From Methanolinea sp. UBA275 (lineage in GTDB: Archaea; Halobacteriota; Methanomicrobia; Methanomicrobiales; Methanospirillaceae), in NCBI GenBank assembly GCA_002506105.1, contig DAWU01000015.1, positions 11,087 to 75,086 on the forward strand: a stretch of 64,000 nt of DNA. Reading direction: 5' to 3'. Shown here in pieces: positions 1 through 10,165 of the stretch. The stretch's first letter is position 1. The number at the start of each line of letters is the position of its first letter. Made by a program: the position numbers and the translations under genes. The notes under the pieces were generated by a model. The model ran no database searches and had not been told where the DNA came from. It saw only the letters and a program-made list of their open reading frames with translations.

Positions 1-26
1 ACGTGGGATAAGAGGGTGAGGATGCA

Positions 27-806
27 GTGAGCGGCAATTCCATTGAGGACGGGTTCGATCGAAAGATCGCTGAAATGGGGATACGGATCAAGGATGGCAA
101 CCAGCTGAAGGTCAGGGATGACGTCCTCGACGAGATCACTTTGTTATCACTCCACCGGCTCGCCCACAAGAAATGGATTACAGCGATTGGGGGTTCGATC
201 AGTACCGGGAAGGAGGCCAACGTATTCTTTGCGGAACGGGAGAGTCAGGATCTTGCTATCAAGATCTACCGCATTCGCACCGCCAATTTCAATGCAATGA
301 GCGAGTATATTGTTGGTGACCGGAGGTTTTCCGGCATCAGGAAGACCAGGAAGGATATCGTCTTTGCCTGGACCAGGAAGGAATTTTCAAACCTAACCAG
401 GGCATACGAGGCAGGCCTTCCGGTTCCAAAGCCCCTTGTCTGGGACAGGAACATCCTTGTCATGGAATTTTTGGGGTGTGACGAGCGCCCCTTTCCGCAG
501 CTCCGGTCAGTCCATCCCGAGAATGCAGAGGAGATCTACCATGGTGTCCTTGCATTTATCAGGGACCTCTACCAGAAAGCCGGACTGGTCCATGCCGACC
601 TCTCCGAATATAATATCCTCATGGGAGACCGTATGTATGTGATCGATATGGGCCAGGCAGTGACACCGGACCATCCGAGGGCTCTCCACTTCCTGGTAAG
701 AGACATTGGAAATGTGAACAGGTTTTTCAGCCAGAAATGCCAGGTACGGGAAGAACGTGAAATATTTACCGAAGTGACAGGTATCCCCCAAAAGGCAAAG
801 ACATGA
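27..806 (+). CDS. rio1: RIO-type serine/threonine protein kinase (Rio1-like)
   Basis: 259-aa ORF with a GTG start. RIO signatures STGKEANVF (nucleotide-binding loop), HADLSEYNIL (catalytic loop) and IDMGQAV (metal-binding loop). Confidence 0.9.
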   Translation: MSGNSIEDGFDRKIAEMGIRIKDGNQLKVRDDVLDEITLLSLHRLAHKKWITAIGGSISTGKEANVFFAERESQDLAIKIYRIRTANFNAMSEYIVGDRRFSGIRKTRKDIVFAWTRKEFSNLTRAYEAGLPVPKPLVWDRNILVMEFLGCDERPFPQLRSVHPENAEEIYHGVLAFIRDLYQKAGLVHADLSEYNILMGDRMYVIDMGQAVTPDHPRALHFLVRDIGNVNRFFSQKCQVREEREIFTEVTGIPQKAKT

Positions 807-839
807 GAGAGAAGGAACCAGACGAGGTGTAATAGCGAC

Positions 840-1379
840 ATGATGCAGGAATTGAAAGTTGCAGGCAACCGGATAGGGGTCCTGATTGGGAAAGGCGGGA
901 CCATCAAGAAAGAACTCGAGGAAAGGACTGGGACCACTATTGGTGTTGACAGCCAGGAAGGAATCGTCAAAGTTGAAGGGGAGGATGCTGTTCCCTTCCT
1001 GCGGGCCGTGGAAGTGATACAGGCCGTAAACAGGGGTTTTTCTCCTGAGAGAGCCTTCAAACTCCTGGATGATGAAGACCTCCTGCTTGAGGTGATCGAC
1101 CTTTCGGGGATCGCGGATAATCCAAGGCAGATGGATCATCTCAGGGGAAGAGTGATAGGTCGTGACGGGCGGGCCAGGGAACAGATCGAGCACATGACCA
1201 ATATCCAGATTTCGGTCATGGGAAAGACCATTGCGCTCATCGGTCTCCCCGAACAGATGAAGACTGCACGGGCTGCTATCGACATGCTTCTTGAGGGTGC
1301 GCCCCACGAAGCGGTATTCTCATACCTCGAGAAGAAACGCCAGGATGCCAAGCTCAACATGCTGGATTATTATTCATGA
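840..1379 (+). CDS. KH-domain RNA-binding protein (archaeal Dim2/Pno1-like)
   Basis: 179-aa ORF with two KH GXXG loops (IGKGGTIKKELE and IGRDGRAREQIE). It lies directly downstream of rio1. Confidence 0.8.
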   Translation: MMQELKVAGNRIGVLIGKGGTIKKELEERTGTTIGVDSQEGIVKVEGEDAVPFLRAVEVIQAVNRGFSPERAFKLLDDEDLLLEVIDLSGIADNPRQMDHLRGRVIGRDGRAREQIEHMTNIQISVMGKTIALIGLPEQMKTARAAIDMLLEGAPHEAVFSYLEKKRQDAKLNMLDYYS

Positions 1380-1527
1380 GCATGCCCTGTGCGGTGTGAA
1401 CCCTCCATACTGGATCATGGATCACACAAGGATGATTTCCAGTGCAGATGAATACCGGATCAGTTCCCTGCGTTGGGTTAATCATGCGCGCTTAGCTTCG
1501 TATGGACTGGAAGAGAAGGGGTTGTAG

Positions 1528-3678
1528 ATGAAGGTCGATTCTCTCCCAATCCCTGCATACCTCAAGGAAAAATACCACTCCCTTGGATTGGTGGATCTGT
1601 ATCCCCCTCAGGCTGAATGCGTCGAGAAGGGCCTTTTTAAGGATACCAACCTGCTGGTTACTATCCCCACCGCAAGTGGAAAAACCCTGATCGCTGAGCT
1701 TGCGATGCATTTTCATGCCTCCAGAAATGGTCGCTCGCTCTATATTGTCCCGCTCAAAGCCCTTGCAAGTGAAAAATTCGACGAGTTCGGCGGAAAAGGA
1801 TTGAGAGTGGGAATTTCAACCGGCGATTTTGATCGAAGAGATGATTACCTCGGGCGCAATGACATCATCGTCGCCACCAGCGAAAAAGTCGATTCACTGA
1901 TACGGAACCGGGCTTCCTGGCTCCGTGATATCTCTCTCCTGGTTGTGGACGAGGTTCACCTTCTTGATGATCCCAGTCGCGGACCCACCCTTGAGATGGT
2001 GATTGCCAAGATGAGAGCAAGGAATCCCCACATGCAGGTTATAGCGCTTTCCGCAACTATCGGCAATCCCCAACCCCTCGCCAGCTGGCTCGATGCCGCG
2101 CTCATTACCAGTACATGGCGGCCTGTCAATCTCCGCCAGGGGATCTATCTTGACGGGAAGATACTGTTTGAGCAAAATGCAAGGGTTGTTGCCCCGGTCT
2201 CGAAACATGATGATATCAATCTCCTCATGGATACGGTCGCCGAGGGAGGTCAGTGTCTCTTCTTCGTCTCTTCCCGGAAGAATGCAGAGGCATTCGCAAA
2301 AAGGGCTGCAAAAGCCCTCACGTGCGATGATCCAGGGCTGTCCCGTTACCAGGAAAGGCTCAAAAAAATAGCCGGGACTGACATGGGGGAGAGTCTTGCA
2401 TCCTGCGTGGGACTGGGTGCGGCGTTTCACCATGCAGGACTCCCAAGGGAAGCCAGGACCATTGTCGAAGAGGGCTTCCGGAAGGGGCTTATCAAGTGCA
2501 TCTCATCGACACCCACCCTTGCTGCAGGACTCAACCTTCCTGCCCGGAGGGTGGTAGTAAGGGATTACCGCCGATACGAGACGGGGGAGGGCATGATTCC
2601 TATCCCTGCCCGCGAATACCACCAGATGGCGGGAAGGGCAGGCCGGCCACGTCTCGATCCCTACGGAGAGGCCGTCCTGATCGCCAAAGACACCCAGGAG
2701 TACCAGTCGCTCCTCGAATTTTACATCCAGTCACCTCCCGAGGATGTGCATTCTCAGATTGCCAACGAATCTGCACTGACCACTCACATCCTCTCCCTGA
2801 TCGCGTCAGAATTCGTGAACAGCAAGAACGAGATCCAGGAATTTCTGGGCCGCACATTCTACCAGCACCAGCACAGGGCGAGCAGGTTGATGGATGCAGT
2901 GACGGTGAGGGGGCTGCAATTCCTCGAGGATGCCGAAATGGTAGTGGAGACAGGCACCAGGTTGTCGGCCACTGAATATGGAACGCTGGTCTCGCAACTC
3001 TATATAGACCCCCGCGGGGCTGAATCCATTGTCAACGGTATGCGTTCTGCACGTGCATATTCCGATATCGGCCTTTTGCAGCTTCTCTGCAGTACGCCTG
3101 ATATGTACACCCTTTATGTGAATAACAGGGACCTCCACTACCTTGATCGCTACCTCCTGGAGCATGAGGATGCACTCTGGATTCCTCTTGAATTTGGGGA
3201 GGAGGAGCCATATTACCGAGCGCTGAAAACCGCCATGCTCCTCTCGGACTGGGCATCCGAAGTGCCGGAAGCGACCATGTGTGAACGGTATTCTGTCGGT
3301 CCGGGAGATATCTTCAATCTTGTGGAGAGTAGCAACTGGCTGATGCATGCATCAGGAAGGCTCGCAGGAATGTTCACTCCGAAATATGCAAGAGAAATCA
3401 GGGAGTTCGAGATCTGCATGAAGCACGGCGTTAAGAGGGAACTCCTGCCGCTGATCCGGTTAAGGAACATTGGCCGCGTGAGGGCAAGGAGCCTCTTTAC
3501 AAACGGCATCACCAGTCCGGAGGAATTGAAGATGGCAGACCACGGGAAAGTTGCCACGATACTCGGAAGGGGTGTGGCGGCGCAGGTGTTACGCCAGATG
3601 GAGCAGAAAGATCATGCGGATGATACCGAGGAGACGCCTGTCCCTGGCCAGCGTACACTCTCTTCTTTTCAGGGGTGA
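1528..3678 (+). CDS. hel308: Ski2-like ATP-dependent DNA helicase Hel308/Hjm
   Basis: 716-aa ORF with SF2 motifs PTASGKT (I), DEVH (II), SAT (III) and QMAGRAGR (VI). Length and C-terminal extension are typical of Hel308. Confidence 0.9.
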   Translation: MKVDSLPIPAYLKEKYHSLGLVDLYPPQAECVEKGLFKDTNLLVTIPTASGKTLIAELAMHFHASRNGRSLYIVPLKALASEKFDEFGGKGLRVGISTGDFDRRDDYLGRNDIIVATSEKVDSLIRNRASWLRDISLLVVDEVHLLDDPSRGPTLEMVIAKMRARNPHMQVIALSATIGNPQPLASWLDAALITSTWRPVNLRQGIYLDGKILFEQNARVVAPVSKHDDINLLMDTVAEGGQCLFFVSSRKNAEAFAKRAAKALTCDDPGLSRYQERLKKIAGTDMGESLASCVGLGAAFHHAGLPREARTIVEEGFRKGLIKCISSTPTLAAGLNLPARRVVVRDYRRYETGEGMIPIPAREYHQMAGRAGRPRLDPYGEAVLIAKDTQEYQSLLEFYIQSPPEDVHSQIANESALTTHILSLIASEFVNSKNEIQEFLGRTFYQHQHRASRLMDAVTVRGLQFLEDAEMVVETGTRLSATEYGTLVSQLYIDPRGAESIVNGMRSARAYSDIGLLQLLCSTPDMYTLYVNNRDLHYLDRYLLEHEDALWIPLEFGEEEPYYRALKTAMLLSDWASEVPEATMCERYSVGPGDIFNLVESSNWLMHASGRLAGMFTPKYAREIREFEICMKHGVKRELLPLIRLRNIGRVRARSLFTNGITSPEELKMADHGKVATILGRGVAAQVLRQMEQKDHADDTEETPVPGQRTLSSFQG

Positions 3679-3681
3679 CAG

Positions 3682-4197
3682 TTGATGCACTCCTGTGTAA
3701 TTTCCAAAGTCCACATCAACATCGGGGATATGGGACTCTTCCTCTCCCGGATGCATGAAATTTCTGAGCGCTGGAACACGCACATCATCTTTTTTGATGC
3801 CTGCCGTATGGCGGGTATGTCACATGTTGAGTCTGCCCTTTTTCATGCATTCAGGGCTCTGAAGGATGGAACCATGATCTCCAGCAGGGTTGAGATTGAG
3901 GCACTCCTGTATGCTTCAGGATCCCGCCAGATCGTCCATGGCATGACCTTCGGAGTCCATCAGGGTACGAATGACGCATACCTCTGCCTCTGCCCGGATG
4001 TGCCTGAAGCAATGGAGATCGTCCGGACATACTGTTCAACCGCGGAAGGGGAAGACTGGGAATCGATCTCAGATGAGAAATGCGCCTGCCTCTGTTCATT
4101 ATTCTCCATTACTCCAGAGGAACTCGCCATTGTGGGTCCTGAACGGATTAAGGATCTTGTCCTGGAACGGGTCGCACTCCTCCAGGTATATCGATAA
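3682..4197 (+). CDS. cgi121: KEOPS complex subunit Cgi121-like
   Basis: 171-aa ORF starting 3 nt after the hel308 stop. Blocks EALLYASGSRQIVHGM and LVLERVALLQV resemble archaeal Cgi121 as I remember it (EILVRASGQRQIHEAI ... VLEKIALIEL). Confidence 0.65.
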   Translation: MMHSCVISKVHINIGDMGLFLSRMHEISERWNTHIIFFDACRMAGMSHVESALFHAFRALKDGTMISSRVEIEALLYASGSRQIVHGMTFGVHQGTNDAYLCLCPDVPEAMEIVRTYCSTAEGEDWESISDEKCACLCSLFSITPEELAIVGPERIKDLVLERVALLQVYR

Positions 4198-4334
4198 AAT
4201 AGTTAGGGAGGTGCCAATCCGGCTACCGGCCATTCTTCAATTCATACTGGTTTTCCCGCCCTCCATATTTCATTACGGTGGAGCCTGTTTCCGGCGTGCC
4301 CCCACTTTCACAGGGTATTCCTCCAGTTTAATAT

Positions 4335-4655
4335 GTGGAAAATATACCTTTCCTCATGGGAAAAAAGAAGATAGAGACCGTGTGCGGGTACTCATGCAGC
4401 GACTGTGATCACCTGGGAACTGAGTGCGAGGGGTGCGTTACAAATCATGGAAGGCCATTCTGGACACAATTTGTGGGGATTGTGACATGCCCGATTTATG
4501 AATGCTGTGCTCATGACCGGAAATTGCCGCACTGCGGCAGGTGTCCTGACCTGGTATGCGAGCGGTTCGCCAGGTTTAAAGATCCAGGCATGAGCGATGA
4601 AGAGGCAGCCGCTGGGCTGATCAGGATGGAACAGGAACTCCGTTCAAGAAAATAG
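4335..4655 (+). CDS. Cysteine-rich DUF3795-like protein
   Basis: 106-aa ORF with Cys pairs CGYSCSDC, CEGC, CPIYECC and CGRCPDLVC, typical of the DUF3795 family. Confidence 0.6.
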   Translation: MENIPFLMGKKKIETVCGYSCSDCDHLGTECEGCVTNHGRPFWTQFVGIVTCPIYECCAHDRKLPHCGRCPDLVCERFARFKDPGMSDEEAAAGLIRMEQELRSRK

Positions 4656-4738
4656 CTGATCTTGACATCCGTTTCAACACAACGAAAAAAAATGGAAATT
4701 GATCTGTCGGGGAGAGGTTTTTCGCAATGCCCTGGGAG

Positions 4739-6031
4739 TCATCCTTGCTTTTTTTCCGGCTCTTTTCCAAAGATATCGCGCACCATCCTGACCGCACAGA
4801 GTTCCCCGCACATGGAGCAGGTCTCAAGGTCACCATCCCTGGCATGGATGGACCGTGCATGATCCCCGTACAGTGCGAGTGAGAACTGTGATTTCCAGTC
4901 GAGGTGTTGCCGGGCTTCTGCCATCTGGCGTTCCCTTGGATGCTTGTAGCCTTCCCTGGTCCTGGAAATATCCCCGATATGCGCAGCAACCCTGGCCATG
5001 CGGGTGCCTTCGATAATATCGGTGACGTCAGGGAGTGCAAGGTGCTCGCTTGGTGAGACCATGCATAAAAAATCAGCCCCGTGCATGGCAGCGGTTGCAC
5101 CGCCGATAGCTGACACGAGATGATCATACCCTGGAGCGATATCGGTAACCAGGGGCCCGAGGAGGTAGAGCGGAGCATCGTTCGTGATCTCCTTGATCAT
5201 CTTGACGTTGTATTCCACCTGGGGAAGCGGGATGTGCCCGGGTCCCTCGATCATTCTCTGCACCCCTGCATCAAGGGCGCAATTGGCCAGTCTCCCGAGG
5301 GTCAGGTACTCTACCGTCTTCGCATGCCGTTCTGCATCGTGAATGCACCCGGGACGCATCCCGTCTCCGAGGCTTGCAACCACACCATATTCGGCAAGTA
5401 TCTCCAGAAGATAATCGAATTCTGCATACAGGGGATTCTCCTCCTCACGCTGTACCATCATGGCCACGTGGAACGCGCCACCCCTCGAAACAACAGGCAT
5501 GATCCGGGGATCCGAATGGAGTGCTGAGAGCGCATCCCTGTTCACTCCGCAGTGCAAAGTGAGAAAATCCACGCCATCCCGGCAATGGTCCCTTATCACA
5601 GAGAAAAGAAGATCGGAGTCAACATCGGCTGCGTTCCCTGCCCTGCGGACCGCCTCATACACAGGCACGGTTCCAACCGGGACATCCATGGAAAGGACTA
5701 TTTTCCGCATGGCCGCAAGATCCCCCCCGGTGGAGAGATCCATCAGGGTATCGGTTCCGTTCTCAATAGCTGCGCGGGCTTTGGCTTCCTCGAGTGAGAG
5801 GTCACACCGTTCACCGGATGTTCCAATGTTCACGTTGACCTTTACCCTGCACCCTTCCCCGACACCGCAGGGCCGGTGGCTTCTCCTCGGGTTGGCAGGG
5901 ATCACAAGCCTGCCCCTGGCAACCGATCGGGCGGCTGTCCGGGGATTGATCCCCTCCATCCTGGCAACGGTGTCCACGACTGACGGGATCCCGGCCAGGC
6001 ATTCATGGATGAGGCTGGGCATAACACACAT
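4739..6031 (-). CDS. thiC: Phosphomethylpyrimidine synthase ThiC
   Basis: 430-aa ORF with ThiC-like sequence throughout, including the C-terminal cluster motif CSMCGELCA (CX2CX4C). The start could be M1 or M4. Confidence 0.95.
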   Translation of the reverse strand: MCVMPSLIHECLAGIPSVVDTVARMEGINPRTAARSVARGRLVIPANPRRSHRPCGVGEGCRVKVNVNIGTSGERCDLSLEEAKARAAIENGTDTLMDLSTGGDLAAMRKIVLSMDVPVGTVPVYEAVRRAGNAADVDSDLLFSVIRDHCRDGVDFLTLHCGVNRDALSALHSDPRIMPVVSRGGAFHVAMMVQREEENPLYAEFDYLLEILAEYGVVASLGDGMRPGCIHDAERHAKTVEYLTLGRLANCALDAGVQRMIEGPGHIPLPQVEYNVKMIKEITNDAPLYLLGPLVTDIAPGYDHLVSAIGGATAAMHGADFLCMVSPSEHLALPDVTDIIEGTRMARVAAHIGDISRTREGYKHPRERQMAEARQHLDWKSQFSLALYGDHARSIHARDGDLETCSMCGELCAVRMVRDIFGKEPEKKQG

Positions 6032-6059
6032 TTGGTGTGCGAACTAAATTTATTCTACC

Positions 6060-6662
6060 ATGCCTGTGCGGTGGATACCAGGGGAAGGGTTTCTCGGCAA
6101 TGCATACATAGTCGGAGACGTACTCGTGGATGCAGGAATCCTCCCCCTCGCGATCGAGCAATACAGGGACCAGATAAGGGAGATTGTACTTACCCACTGC
6201 CATTTTGATCATATTGCATACGTGCACGAGATCGCACGTGTCTGCGATGCCGCTGTCAGCATCCACCGGCTGGATGCTCCCGGGCTTTCGAGCGATACGA
6301 TATCGCTCTCCCTGAATTTCGGATCACACGCTCCCCGCCATCCTCCTGACCGGCTCCTTGAGGACGGTGATACGGTAGGCGGTCTTACCGTTCTGCACAC
6401 ACCCGGTCACACCCCCGGAAGCATCTGCCTCCTTTCGGACGATGAGCGGATCCTCCTTTCGGGCGACACGGTCTTCTGCGACGGGGGTTTCGGCCGCTTT
6501 GATTTCCCCGGTGGGAGCCGGGTTGATATGGCACATTCGCTCGAACGGCTGTCCGGACTTCCTGTCGAGGGGCTATACCCAGGCCATGGAACGCCGGTCT
6601 ATCAGGGAGGGAGACACCATATCCAGGCCGCGAAAGAACTGCTCCGTATTACCTATGCATAA
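6060..6662 (+). CDS. MBL-fold metallo-hydrolase (glyoxalase II-like)
   Basis: 200-aa ORF with THCHFDH (HxHxDH), HTPGHTPGS, a GD motif and PGHG metal ligands. Confidence 0.85.
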   Translation: MPVRWIPGEGFLGNAYIVGDVLVDAGILPLAIEQYRDQIREIVLTHCHFDHIAYVHEIARVCDAAVSIHRLDAPGLSSDTISLSLNFGSHAPRHPPDRLLEDGDTVGGLTVLHTPGHTPGSICLLSDDERILLSGDTVFCDGGFGRFDFPGGSRVDMAHSLERLSGLPVEGLYPGHGTPVYQGGRHHIQAAKELLRITYA

Positions 6663-7089
6663 AGGGATCTACTGCCTCGTCCTCAAGAACACCTCCTGCG
6701 CGCTCAAAGTCGGATCGCTTGGCATAATTTCGTTTCGACAAGGATTCCAAGTCTATGTCGGCTCTGCGCTTGGTCCCGGTGGCCTTGCCCGTGTTGTCCG
6801 TCATATACGATGTGCCCGTAACGGATGCGAGCATCCCCACTGGCATATAGACTATCTCCTGACTTCAGAGCACTTTACTCTTGCACGTGTGCATTGCTTT
6901 CCCACAGGAGAACGGATGGAATGCCGCCTGGCATCAATCCTGCCGGGAGATGCGGTCAGGGGTTTCGGATGCAGTGACTGCACCTGCACCTCACACCTCT
7001 TCTCATTTAGACGCGATCCGGGGGATCTTCTTCCTGATACCGCTGCAATGCTTGGTCTTTCTGCCTATAGCAAAACAATCAAAAAGTAG
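6655..7089 (+). CDS. GIY-YIG nuclease superfamily protein (DUF123-like)
   Basis: Internal ATG of ORF 6442..7089, overlapping the MBL stop (ATGCATAA). Motifs GIYCLVL, YVGSALG and HWHIDYL plus a C-terminal Cys cluster are typical of archaeal DUF123. Confidence 0.7.
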   Translation: MHKGIYCLVLKNTSCALKVGSLGIISFRQGFQVYVGSALGPGGLARVVRHIRCARNGCEHPHWHIDYLLTSEHFTLARVHCFPTGERMECRLASILPGDAVRGFGCSDCTCTSHLFSFRRDPGDLLPDTAAMLGLSAYSKTIKK

Positions 7090-7107
7090 GAGGTGGAGTG
7101 TTAGTTC

Positions 7108-7659
7108 ATGAGCGTGCTGGGTATCTCAGGGAGCATGAGGAAGGATGGCAATACCTCGCTGCTGGTAAAAGCCGTGCTTGAACGCTGTGAACAGGCAGGA
7201 ATCAAGACCGAGTTCATCTCGCTCGCCGGAAAAGACATCAAACCCTGCCTGGGGTGCGAGAAGTGCAAGGAGAACGACTGGTGCGTGATCAGGAACGATG
7301 ACTGGGATGAGATCATGAAAAAAGTCCTCGATTGCGAGGTCCTTGTCATCGGTTCCCCCACCTATTATTTTGACGTGTGCGGTCACCTGAAAAATTTCAT
7401 CGATCGCAGTTATTCCCTCTACCATCGCCGGCAACTATCCGGGAGGAAGGCAGTCGCGGTCGCAGTCTGTGCCAACAAGGGGGGTGCAAGGACTATAGAA
7501 ACTCTCGAGGGTTTCCTCAATGCCCACGAATTTTCCTATCTTGGCTGGGTCAGGGGAAAGGGCTACCTTGAGGGCGATATCAAAAGGGATCAGAAAGGTT
7601 TGAAGCGCGCCCAGGTCATCGGGGATAAGATCGTGCAGCTTCTGAAACCCCACGATTGA
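7108..7659 (+). CDS. isf: Iron-sulfur flavoprotein / NADPH-dependent FMN reductase family
   Basis: 183-aa flavodoxin-like ORF (GISGSMRKDGNT) with the compact Isf cysteine motif CLGCEKCKENDWC (CX2CX2CX5C). Confidence 0.75.
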   Translation: MSVLGISGSMRKDGNTSLLVKAVLERCEQAGIKTEFISLAGKDIKPCLGCEKCKENDWCVIRNDDWDEIMKKVLDCEVLVIGSPTYYFDVCGHLKNFIDRSYSLYHRRQLSGRKAVAVAVCANKGGARTIETLEGFLNAHEFSYLGWVRGKGYLEGDIKRDQKGLKRAQVIGDKIVQLLKPHD

Positions 7660-7662
7660 TCC

Positions 7663-7669
7663 TTTTTTT
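7663..7669 (+). terminator. Oligo-T tract after isf (archaeal-type terminator candidate)
   Basis: T7 run beginning 4 nt after the stop codon. Oligo-T tracts are the established archaeal termination signal. Confidence 0.4.
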
Positions 7670-7810
7670 ACACGCGGTACTATTCCCCGAATCGGGATAC
7701 CCCCGTGTCGGATATTACTCTTGAAGTGCCCTGGTTGCCTTCTCTATACTCCATCAAGATTTCCCGACGTGAGAAAGCGAGGATTATCGTTTTTTTGGGA
7801 TCCGGAACAA

Positions 7811-8944
7811 TCAGGATTCCTCGAGCAGGGTATAGAGCGTGGTTCTCCTGCGCAGATTCCGCCCGATATCCTCAACAACACGGCGCATCTCTGCAGGGTC
7901 AAGATAATCCGTATTGACCGCTCCTGCTCCTTTTGAGATACTCTCTTCAAACATCGTCCCGCCAAGGTCGTCTCCGCCTGCAAGGAGGCACATCTGTGCC
8001 ATCTTGAGCCCGAGCTTCACCCATGAGACCTGGATGTGGGGTATGTTATCAAGAAACAGGCGGGAGACGGCAATCATCAGAAGATCCTCTCTTCCCGTCG
8101 CTCCGGCTCTTGCCATACCTTTTTTGAAGAGAGGGGTTTCCCGGTGGATAAAACTGAGTGGAACAAACTCCGTAAAGCCAGCGGTATCATCCTGGATCTG
8201 CCTGAGTATTGCAAGGTGACGGGCCTGATCCTGAACGGTCTCACAGTGTCCGTACATGATGGTCGCGGTAGATCGTATGCCCAGAGAATGAGCCTCCCTG
8301 ATGATCCGCTCCCATTCGGAGCTGGTGATCTTCCCTGGACAGATAGTCTTTCGCACTTCGTCAACGAGGATCTCCGCGGCAGTTCCGCAGAGAGAGCCCA
8401 GTCCCGCTTCCTTCATGAGCCCCAGCATCTCCCGCGTCGAAATCCCGTTCTTTCGTGCACCGTATGCCACTTCCATCGGGTTGCTCGCATGGATGTGAAC
8501 CCCCGGGGCGCCTTCCCTCATGCAGGAGATGATCTCAAGGTAGGATTCCGCATCAAAATCCGGATGCAGGCCTGATACCGTGCAGATCTCGGTGACTCCC
8601 CGCGAGAGCGCAAGTGCTGCCTTCTCTCTGACGACATCACACGAAAAAAAGTACGTATCGGAATCTCCCCTCTTGCGTGAGAATCCGCAGAATCCGCAGG
8701 AGTTGATGCAAAGATTGGTGACATTGATATTCTGGTTCCGGACATAGGTGACGGTATCTCCCACCACCCGGGCGCGCTGTTCGTCTGCTGCTTCTGCTAC
8801 CCTCCAGATATCTTTTCCTCTCACACCAAGAAGCAAAACCGCTTCCTTCTCTGTCAGGCGATGACCCTCAAGGACTTCCGCGAGCAATCTATCGAGGTCG
8901 TTCCCTGAGAGCGGAGATGATGCCGCCATGCTACCCGTTGTCAT
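7811..8944 (-). CDS. CofH/MqnE-family radical SAM enzyme, paralogue A (FO synthase subunit 2-like)
   Basis: VTYVRNQNINVTNLCINSCGFCGF radical SAM cluster motif and C-terminal LFLDNIPHIQVSWVKLG...GGDDLGGTMFEESISKGAGA. I moved the start to ATG 8944. The ORF is open to 8998. Confidence 0.8.
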   Translation of the reverse strand: MTTGSMAASSPLSGNDLDRLLAEVLEGHRLTEKEAVLLLGVRGKDIWRVAEAADEQRARVVGDTVTYVRNQNINVTNLCINSCGFCGFSRKRGDSDTYFFSCDVVREKAALALSRGVTEICTVSGLHPDFDAESYLEIISCMREGAPGVHIHASNPMEVAYGARKNGISTREMLGLMKEAGLGSLCGTAAEILVDEVRKTICPGKITSSEWERIIREAHSLGIRSTATIMYGHCETVQDQARHLAILRQIQDDTAGFTEFVPLSFIHRETPLFKKGMARAGATGREDLLMIAVSRLFLDNIPHIQVSWVKLGLKMAQMCLLAGGDDLGGTMFEESISKGAGAVNTDYLDPAEMRRVVEDIGRNLRRRTTLYTLLEES

Positions 8945-8991
8945 GGGTCCTCTGACAGAGTAGTGCCGTTCGGAATATAAAACCACACTCC

Positions 8992-9330
8992 ATGGCATTC
9001 ATCACCAGGGAATGCCAGATCCTCATTATGCACGAAGAACCAGTGCTCCTCCGCAATTCTGAGGGGAAGGGATTTGTCATTGCGCTCGGGTCCGTCAACC
9101 TTGTGGGCGTGGTTGCTGCGCGCGGCATGGTAGGGTGCGGGGCGATAGATGTAGCCGCCCTTGACAGGTTCGGGTACCCTGCAGCGAGGGTCAGACCATG
9201 TGCAGGACCATCGATTTCCACTGTAGCGGATCTGTTGGGTGGCACCGTGAAAGATGTAAACCGCGCAGCACAGGAACTTGGGATCAGTACAGGGATGAGT
9301 GGTAAGGAAGCGCTTGACCTCCTCTCGTGA
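8992..9330 (+). CDS. DUF1805 (YunC-like) protein
   Basis: 112-aa ORF. GMVGCGAIDVAALD ... AARV ... TVADLL ... A.ELGISTGMSGKEALDLL matches my memory of B. subtilis YunC. The start is uncertain (8992 or 9028). Confidence 0.7.
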   Translation: MAFITRECQILIMHEEPVLLRNSEGKGFVIALGSVNLVGVVAARGMVGCGAIDVAALDRFGYPAARVRPCAGPSISTVADLLGGTVKDVNRAAQELGISTGMSGKEALDLLS

Positions 9331-9376
9331 AGCCTTTTTCACCAGGATCCAGAAATCAATGGATGAAATACATGTT

Positions 9377-9880
9377 TCAAGTATCCTGTAAATGGCCCGG
9401 GGTCGCTTCGCTGTCCGCAATATTCCCTATTTCTTTTTTGTCAACCCACCCGTTCCTTGTTCCTTCACGATGATCAAATCGTGAAATATAGGGCTTGATA
9501 TCGAGCAGAGGTGTGCCGTCAAGGACGTCAATTCCCGCTACGAAGAGTGTATCCCCCTCAATATATTTCAGTTCAACAATTGACAGGCCGATAGGATTGG
9601 GCCTGTTGTAGTGACGGATCGAGAATATTCCCCTTGGTTTCTCCCCATCCAGGAAGGGTGTTTCATGCATGGGACCAGGTGTTGCTTGGTGGAAATGATA
9701 GATCAGGTAGAGGTGCGAGAATTCCTCCAATCCATCCAATCCCTCTACAAACGCCGGGAATACCTCTACCCTCCCTTCTGCAGTTGAAAAAATACTCTGG
9801 ATAGGTGTTTTTTTCTGATCTGTGAACGGTGAATGGATCATTCCAATGAAACGATATAATGCGGTGTCAGGGTTGATCAT
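9377..9880 (-). CDS. TrmO/TsaA-family SAM-dependent methyltransferase (YaeB-like)
   Basis: 167-aa ORF. IGMIHSPF, FSHLYLIYHFH, RPNPIGLSIV and LDGTPLLDIKPY are hallmark TsaA/TrmO blocks. Confidence 0.85.
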   Translation of the reverse strand: MINPDTALYRFIGMIHSPFTDQKKTPIQSIFSTAEGRVEVFPAFVEGLDGLEEFSHLYLIYHFHQATPGPMHETPFLDGEKPRGIFSIRHYNRPNPIGLSIVELKYIEGDTLFVAGIDVLDGTPLLDIKPYISRFDHREGTRNGWVDKKEIGNIADSEATPGHLQDT

Positions 9881-10165
9881 ACCTGGAGAGGGGGTGTTGT
9901 GAAAAGTGATGAACCTTATGATTGTATCAATCAGTCCGGTTTTCCTTTCGCTTTAATCGACGGTGAGTGGTTGTATACAACCTGCCAGAGTCCTGGTGGT
10001 GAACTCAGTGTCAAAGGATGAGTTGAAATCAGCCTGAAGATCCACACCTCTGGAAAAATTTTTCCGGACACCAGAATGCCTCAGGAAAACGAGAGGTAAG
10101 AGATGAGCTACACGTGAACCCTTCAAAGAGTATCCTCTCATCCCCGCTATCGCAAAAAACATACC

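Noticed and set aside
6032-6059. Possible TPP riboswitch upstream of thiC
   Set aside because: Only 28 nt separate thiC from the divergent MBL gene. That is far too short for a THI element, and no THI-box-like sequence (CUGAGA...) is visible.
7670-7712. Imperfect palindrome ACACGCGG...CCCGAATCGGG...CCCCGTGT between the convergent isf and CofH-like A genes
   Set aside because: It may be a bidirectional terminator hairpin, but the arms are imperfect and the central loop is too small. The adjacent T7 tract is the better-supported signal.
8941-9420. 159-aa minus-strand ORF covering the DUF1805 locus and running into the TrmO gene
   Set aside because: The plus-strand frame gives a clear YunC/DUF1805-like protein. 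The minus-strand product is Cys/Trp/His/Arg-rich, as expected for an antisense shadow of a GC-rich gene. It also overlaps the TrmO C-terminus.
9953-10162. 69-aa ORF filling the gap between CofH-like B and the TrmO-like gene
   Set aside because: It starts 4 nt after the upstream stop, so it could be real. I recognise no motif, and its composition and lower GC are equally consistent with non-coding spacer. I left it unannotated.
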